From Octopus bimaculoides (Eukaryota): 64,000 bases of DNA. The notes beneath the pieces are model-generated. The model made no database searches. It had not been told where the DNA came from and was given only the letters and a program-made list of their open reading frames with translations. A program made the position numbers and the translations under genes. The stretch is taken from positions 41,845,887 to 41,909,886 of the forward strand of contig NC_068999.1 in NCBI RefSeq assembly GCF_001194135.2. Reading direction: 5' to 3'. This document shows, piece by piece, positions 1 to 64,000 of this stretch; position 1 is the first letter of the stretch, and each line of letters starts with the position of its first letter.

Positions 1-83
1 TGTTTGTATCTGTAATTAGATGGTTACAGGTATATACCTGCAGATCTAATATGTATGAAAGCATGTGTGTGTGTGTCTCTGTC

Positions 84-154
<71 letters not shown>

Positions 155-517
155 ATATGTATGCACACACATACATATGTACACACATATACATATATAC
201 GTATGTACATATATACACATATGTACAGACACACACACACACACACACACACACATTTAACCATACATCATCCTTATTGTTTAACATCTGCTTTCCATGC
301 TGGCATGGGTTCGGTGGTTTCACATGAAGCTGACTGTACAGGTGCACAAATGTACAGGTGTTGAAGTGATCATAGAGCGACATGAAATGAAGGTGTTTGA
401 TGACTAGAACGGGCTAGATGGTCACAGTTGGAAAATCTTTGATCATATACCTGTCCAATCATGGCTGGCCTGTGCCTAAACAACAATAACAACAATAATA
501 ATATCTATATAACTTAC

Positions 518-60584
<60,067 letters not shown>

Positions 60585-61119
60585 CTAAAAGAACAAAAAG
60601 GAACGTCAACAATGGCGGTAAAGAAATGTATATTAACAACAAATAACTTTTTTTATTATAATTTTTGTTGTTGTCAGTAGGGTGTGTAATTTGAGGAAGA
60701 TTTGGCTGCAGTTTCTGTTAGGTTGACAATGTAGATGTAACAACCACCACCACCACAACAACAACAACAGCAGAAATTCATGAGACAGCATTTGGGTGGT
60801 GTTAGAATATTATTAGGTTAAGCCGTCAAACAAATTCTCTTTTGTATTCCTCTATAAACGTGTTATCATAATTATTAAATGTTTTTTTATAGTTGTTTTT
60901 GTTGTTGTTTTTCAGTAACAGCTTTTTTTTCTTCTTTTTTCTTTTACACCCTTGATGTGAAACTCTTATTTCAACCCCCACCCCACCATTTCATAGTTGG
61001 TCCCTCTAATATCCTCTCATTTGTTATCCTTGAAGCAATATAAAAAAAAAAAACGTTTTTCCCCCTTCATTATTATTTAAACAGTAGAGGAATCAAATTA
61101 AAGAAATCATTATTATCAT

Positions 61120-61122
61120 TGC

Positions 61123-61156
<34 letters not shown>

Positions 61157-61517
61157 GACTTCGCACAGAATACAATATCGTAAGGTTGTTGATTGAAGAT
61201 ATTGTGTCTACAGGGGTAGACCCTCAGACCGACAGTACTTTACGTAATATTCGTAATATTTGTGCAGTTCTAAGTAATGTTGACTTCTCCAATACATCTA
61301 GGTTGTAGGGTATCTCTAAGGTTTTCAGATGTTTTTATCAGATTGGGTGGTATTGAACCCAATGCTCTGATGACAATAGGGATAACCTTTATGTTTGACC
61401 CTTGTAGCTGCCACATCTTAGCGTTCTCAATTCTCAGGTCTCCATATTTATCAACTTTTTCTCTTTCTTTCATGATGATATGTTGACCTCCTGGCACTGC
61501 TGCGTCAATTATTAGGC

Positions 61518-61522
<5 letters not shown>
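61120..61522 (-). mobile_element. 3' end of a non-LTR retrotransposon with a restriction-like endonuclease (R4/Dong-like), frameshifted
   Basis: ECLIIDAAVPGGQHIIMKEREKVDKYGDLRIENAKMWQLQGSNIKVIPIVIRALGSIP...VLEKSTLLRTAQILR..RKVLSV*; short 3' UTR; (TAA)n on both sides. Confidence 0.8.
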
Positions 61523-61550
<28 letters not shown>

Positions 61551-61869
61551 GTTGTCTTTTTCCTTCTTTCTTCAAATTTTCTTCTTCTTATTCTTATTGT
61601 TATTATTATTATCAACATTATTATTATTAAGGCAGTGAGCTGGCAGAGTCGTAAGTATGCTGGGCAAAATGCTTAGTGGTATTTCGTCCATCCTTATGTT
61701 CTGAGTTCAAATTCCGCAGAGATCGACTTTGCCTTTCATCCTTTCGGGGTCGATAAAATAAGTACCAGTACAACGCTGGGGTCAATGTAATTGACTTAAC
61801 CCCTCCACCCAAATTGCTGGCCTTGTGCCACAATTTGAAACTACTACTACAACAACAGTTTTGCTGGGT

Positions 61870-62095
61870 AATGTAACAAAGTGTTAACTGCCCACAACCA
61901 ACCGACTACGGTTGCAGTCTTCATCGAGGTTTCAAGATCTCTGCAGAGGATTCTTACAGTTCCAAGCAACACTGTTTCATCGAGATGCTCTCTCTCTATA
62001 TTTACTCCCATCTTATCACCCCAGTATCTAAGCTTCATATTTGTAGTTCCCAAGGCTCCAGCAGCAACAACAACAACAACAACAACTGGTACAGC
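61870..62095 (-). mobile_element. Second, divergent RLE non-LTR retrotransposon 3' fragment
   Basis: VPVVVVVVVAAGALGTTNMKLRYWGDKMGVNIEREHLDETVLLGTVRILCRDLE, matching the VPVVIGALG...KTVLLGTARILR C-terminal pattern. Confidence 0.65.
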
Positions 62096-62924
62096 ACTTC
62101 CCTTCTCTCTTCAGTCAGTCCCCTACCCTAAGGCAACAAAACAAAAGCTGTTTCTGTCTACCTTTATAATCCCCTCATTGTCTTTGGCTTCCACCTATGA
62201 CCCTACCCATCCCCCAAACCGTCTCTTTATTCTCTATGTCATACAGCTTAATAATCACAGTACCATAGATGTGTGTCTATAGTATTTCCTGTGTATACAG
62301 TCATACACAATGTACGACTGTTACAAGTGATTTATGATGTACGACTGTATCTAGAGTTTATCACACGTTTTTCCACACCATCCATCCATTCATCATGTTG
62401 ATATTACACTGGTGGCTGCATTACCAGTGTATGCTTAAATATATTTGTTTTCTCAAATAAATTGCACTTCATGTTTGAGGCTCTGATGAGGCTTACTCAG
62501 GCATCCAACTCTGAGTCCACCACATCTTATAGTGGAAACAGCAAGCAGTATTTCGGCTGCCGTTATGTTCTGAGTTCAAATTCCGTCAAGGTACACTTTG
62601 CTTTTCATCCTTTCAGGGTCGATTAAATAAGTACCAGTTATGCACTTGGGTCGATGTAATCGACTTAATCCCTTTGTTTGTCCCCTCTGTGTTTAGCCCC
62701 CTGTGGGCAATGAAGAAATATATATACATATATATATCTATAAACACCTATCTATCTATCTATGTATATATATATACACTTTTCTTTTGCAGTTATGATT
62801 TACTGGTGATATATAGATATCATCCTCCCTCTTCCTGTTTTATTTGATACAATAATAGGTCTTTATATGTCATATACAAAACTTTTCAATATGCTGCATA
62901 GAAAATCTCTTTGTGACGTTCACC

Positions 62925-62958
<34 letters not shown>

Positions 62959-63732
62959 TATGATTTAGGGTGGAGGTTGGTGGTGGTGGTGGTGGGGCAT
63001 GAGGAATTCGTTGAATTTATTGACTGGCAACGAATTCATTGATCCAGTTTCTGTGATGTGACATTATTATTGTTGTCGTTATCATCATTAAAGTCGAAAG
63101 CTGGCAGAATCATTAGCATGCTAGGAAAAATTCCTCAGTGGCATTTTGGTCCGTCTTGTCTGTCCCGAGTTCAAATACTGCTGAGGTCGACTTTGCCTTT
63201 CATCTTTCCAGAGGTTGATGAAATAAGTACCAGTTATGTACTGAGGATTATTATTATTATTATTATCAATAATATTAACGGATTCAAATTTTGGTATAAA
63301 GCCTGTAGTTTTAGGAGATAGTTTCGGCGATTACATCGATCTCAATATTTGATTAGTACTTATTTTATCAACCCAAGAGAGATGAAAGGTTAAGTTCACT
63401 TGACCGGATTCGAACTCATTAACGTAAAAAGCCAGATCAATTTTTCCGACCTTCTAACGATTCTGCCAAATGATATCTATATTGTCTCGAGGGCCTACGT
63501 CTGTGGAGAGGAGGAATACGGACGATATATTCAATGTTAGTATCACTGATGTTTATTTTTATCAAAACTTGTTTTATAGAAGAATACGTCCGTTGCTGAC
63601 CTGAATCGCATTCAAAATTAAAAAAAATATATAAAGAAGATTTATGGAAGGGAGGTAACTTCAGAAACTAGAACTTAGAATAATTTCCCTTGCAAAAGAA
63701 GATTTTTTTCTGTGTTTTTTTGTGTTTTCGAT

Positions 63733-64000
63733 TTCGTCCACCGCATGCAGTTCTCGGGTTACAGCCATAAAGAAAGGATCAGGGTTTACAAAGGAGCTAT
63801 GAAGAAGTTTGAAACAATCAAACGCAACGATAGGAATGGGATTTGCCCACTCTATAGGAGCAAATCATGGAACACCATAGAAAGAACTAAGAAGAAAATA
63901 GGGAAGGCAAGCTCATGGTACAATAGCCACAAGTACCAAAGCGTCATGTTCGTCGACACCACCCCTAGAGGCGAACTGGCGTACCGCTTTAGAAGGGCCC
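63733..64000 (+). mobile_element. 5'-truncated Penelope-like retroelement ORF fragment (RT thumb/linker region), running off the window
   Basis: Stop-free 89 aa FVHRMQFSGYSHKERIRVYKGAMKKFETIKRNDRNGICPLYRSKSWNTIERTKKKIGKASSWYNSHKYQSVMFVDTTPRGELAYRFRRA. The RMQxSGY...PLYR...W...SVMFVxxTPxxEL pattern is what I recognise from PLE ORFs. Abrupt junction with T-rich DNA at about 63730. Confidence 0.65.

Overview
AT-rich, microsatellite-dense animal genomic DNA with 8 N-gaps. The SINE repertoire and repeat load suggest a cephalopod, probably Octopus; this is an inference and no search was run. The window lies inside one large minus-strand gene for a filamin-family protein, whose start and stop are outside the window. 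I traced 28 GT-AG coding exons by hand (60584 down to 518; 3948 nt, about 1316 aa, about 14 Ig-like filamin repeats). Every exon is phase 1-1 and a multiple of 3 long, and they join into one stop-free frame. They follow a strict four-exon cycle (about 138/174/147/84 nt) that encodes a two-domain module, repeated seven times. The introns hold several tRNA-derived SINE families, MITEs with TTAA-, TA- and hAT-type ends, RTE and R4/Dong-like LINE fragments, a Penelope-like RT fragment, two minisatellites and several long fold-back palindromes. The most unusual element is a repeat seen in three copies: a tRNA-like Pol III head, an (AAT)n spacer, and a tail with a minimal type I hammerhead ribozyme fold. 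In two copies the 5' end carries an inverted copy of the 3' tail, as Penelope-like elements do. A second, unrelated and decayed hammerhead-like motif sits in an LTR-like repeat at about 11 kb. Ribozyme activity, splicing variants and family names are predictions and need testing.
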